Part shown: in pieces, positions 62,078 to 64,000 of the stretch
Layout: each line of letters starts with the position of its first letter
Position numbering within the stretch: position 1 is the first letter of the stretch
NCBI GenBank assembly: GCA_947478395.1
Contig: CANJVR010000001.1
Span: forward strand, 160,001 to 224,000
From: Opitutia bacterium
GTDB lineage: Bacteria; Verrucomicrobiota; Verrucomicrobiia; Opitutales; Opitutaceae
Length of the DNA: 64,000 bases
Reading direction: 5' to 3'
Notes under the pieces: generated by a model
Told to the model about the DNA's origin: nothing
The model's input: the letters and a program-made list of their open reading frames with translations, nothing else
Databases searched by the model: none
Translations under genes and position numbers: made by a program

Positions 62078-63061
62078 ATGAAACCTCTTTTGATCTCCGG
62101 CCTTCTCGCGCTGGCGCTAACTGCGATCGCCCGGGCCGAATCGTCGCCGCCTGCCGCCGACACGAAGCAGCCGGACCCCGGCCAGCATTGGATTTTTGCC
62201 CTGCTGCCAAAAACGTTTCAGAAAAATCCCAAGCTAGAACTCACCGCGATTACAGAGATGACCGCGAACGGTCGGAAGCTGCCGGTCGTCACCCCAGAGC
62301 ATCCCGCATACTACGTTCTTTCCTCAAACGGCTATCACCAACAGGGGGAAACCAGCAGCCGGGAAAAGCCCATGGCGCAAACCGATGTGGCCCGGCTGCT
62401 CGAAAAAGCGCTGGCCGCCAACGGCTATCATCCGGGCGAACCAGGCAAGCCTCCCACGCTCGTGATCTATTATACGTGGGGCACGCACAACACGCTTGAA
62501 GAAGCGGACGAAGATAATCCGGTCCACTCCGGCGCAGAAATTGCGCGCAATCTCCTCGATCGCGCCGCGCTCGTCGGCGGCGAGAAATTCGCGCGCGAGG
62601 TGCTGCGGGTGATTCGTGAAACCGACGACATGAATACCGCCGCGATGGCCTCAATGGGGAGCGGCGGCCAGCCGCCGATTTCCCCCGAGATGTTCGCGTT
62701 CTCGAATCCGCTTAATCTCTTCCGCCTGCACAGCGCGAAAAACGATCTCATGATCAACCAGTCCGCGAACAACGTGTACTACGTCGTGGCCTCCGCTTAC
62801 GACCTCGCGACCCTGGCGGAAAAAAAGCTGCTGCTGTGGCGCACCCGGATGACCGTTTCCTCCAACGGCCTTGCGCAAGAACAGTCGGTGCCCGCCATGA
62901 TCGCCACCGCGGCGCCTTTCTTTGGGCGCGACATGACGGAGCCGGAGATTGTCGTGCGCCGCGTGCTGAACGAGACCAACATCAAAATCGGTGAAGCCGT
63001 CGTGGTGCCCGATGCGACGAGCGGCTCGCCCACGAGCCCGCCGCGGCCCGCGCAGAAATGA
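62078..63061 (+). CDS. Secreted hypothetical protein, tandem paralogue
   Basis: LLPKTFQKNP, YYTWGTHN, EIARNLLDRA, YYVVASAYD, LLWRT, APFFGRDMT. Confidence 0.8.
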   Translation: MKPLLISGLLALALTAIARAESSPPAADTKQPDPGQHWIFALLPKTFQKNPKLELTAITEMTANGRKLPVVTPEHPAYYVLSSNGYHQQGETSSREKPMAQTDVARLLEKALAANGYHPGEPGKPPTLVIYYTWGTHNTLEEADEDNPVHSGAEIARNLLDRAALVGGEKFAREVLRVIRETDDMNTAAMASMGSGGQPPISPEMFAFSNPLNLFRLHSAKNDLMINQSANNVYYVVASAYDLATLAEKKLLLWRTRMTVSSNGLAQEQSVPAMIATAAPFFGRDMTEPEIVVRRVLNETNIKIGEAVVVPDATSGSPTSPPRPAQK

Positions 63062-63298
63062 CGAGTGTAGGCCCCGAAGCCTCTGCCCTCGCGCGCGTCC
63101 CGCCATTGCGATACGGCAAGCCAAGTACGGCTCGACCGGAAAAGAAATTAGCCCTCCCCGCGAGGGCACTCGAAACGGAGTTCCCGGCATGCTCGCGGCT
63201 CGTCCCGAGCTACCGGTTAACGCCCCTCCTCCATCGCTCCTGCGTCGGATGCTTTGGAGGATGGCCAAAACGCGAACGTCGACTATGTCTGACGTCGA

Positions 63299-64000
63299 AT
63301 GAGCGCACGGCCCGATATTTTGTGGATCATCACGACGCAATGGCGGGCGTCGGCCACCGGCTACGCAGGCGATCCTAATGCCGTCACGCCCTGCCTCGAT
63401 GCGCTCGCGGCTCAAAGCGTGAACTTCGCGCAGGCCGTCACGCCGCATCCGTTTGGCCCGTTCGCCCGCGCCTCGCTCCTGACCGGCGTGCATTCGCCGC
63501 AGAATGGCGTGCGGGATTATTTTGATCCGCTGCCGCTCAAAGCCCGGACCATCGCCCATGATTTGAACGCTTGCGGCTACACCACCGCGTTTTTTGGAAA
63601 ATGGCATCTGGCGCGGCGCGATCCGGCGGCGGCTTTGGTCGGCGAGGCTCACGCCCGAACAATCGTGCCGCCAGCGGCGCGAGGTGGATTCGAACATTGG
63701 GAAGGATTCGAGAGCGGATTCCTGCTCAACGATCCGTGGCTCCACGGCACGCGCTTGGAAACGCCCCAGCCATTCGCCGGCTACCAAAGCGACGTGGTTT
63801 GTTCGCGCGCCGCCGAGTGGCTCCGGGAGCTCAAGGCGGCACCGTCTTCAACGCCCAAAGTTTCCACCTCAACCGCCGCTGCGGCGCCCTGGTTTGCCAC
63901 GATCAGCTTGGAGAGCCCGCATCCACCGTACGATGCTCCCGCCGCTGGCATCGCCGCGCGGCCGGCCGCAGCGATCGTCCTGCCCGCCAACGTACCGCGC
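63299..64000 (+). CDS. Sulfatase-like protein, truncated by window end, non-canonical active site
   Basis: MSARPDILWIITTQWR...TPCLDALA...PHPFGPFARASLLTG...GYTTAFFGKWHL; absent from the ORF track because there is no stop. Confidence 0.85.
   Translation, partial: MSARPDILWIITTQWRASATGYAGDPNAVTPCLDALAAQSVNFAQAVTPHPFGPFARASLLTGVHSPQNGVRDYFDPLPLKARTIAHDLNACGYTTAFFGKWHLARRDPAAALVGEAHARTIVPPAARGGFEHWEGFESGFLLNDPWLHGTRLETPQPFAGYQSDVVCSRAAEWLRELKAAPSSTPKVSTSTAAAAPWFATISLESPHPPYDAPAAGIAARPAAAIVLPANVPR

Noticed and set aside
63065..63295. Intergenic region examined for tRNA, riboswitch or ncRNA (also 6080-6300, 34560-34700, 60655-60830)
   Set aside because: No cloverleaf, T-loop or known riboswitch consensus visible.

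Overview
GC-rich bacterial chromosomal window; gene content (DUF1552/DUF1592 pair, two PilB/GspE ATPases flanking PilT, many secreted carbohydrate esterases and lyases) suggests Verrucomicrobia, probably Opitutaceae (inference, not a database result). It holds housekeeping genes (fabH, kdsA, pyrG, proA, ppgK, slyD, folA, coaE, rho, comM), three ABC systems (rhamnose-type sugar, YbbAP/TesA, BMP nucleoside), a pectin/rhamnogalacturonan cluster and a type IV pilus/T2SS motor locus. No rRNA, tRNA, CRISPR array or intact transposase was recognised. The most unusual signals are intergenic. (1) Two GxxExxY (PD-(D/E)xK-like) genes sit in the stop-start junctions of two unrelated ABC operons, each bracketed by ~31-bp inverted repeats made of three 10-nt units, and many empty or solo arms of the same style lie next to start codons. 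This looks like a transposase-free mobile or intervening cassette system. (2) A Val-rich leader-peptide attenuator lies upstream of an unknown 64-aa ORF rather than an ilv gene. (3) A ~140-bp MITE-like element carrying a GTAG-type REP pair occurs four times. (4) A 198-bp segment is bounded by perfect 23-bp inverted repeats. (5) A stand-alone lipoyl+E3-binding protein precedes FabH. (6) A sulfatase homologue lacks its catalytic residue. Start codons were chosen by eye, and all family calls come from motif recognition without searches.
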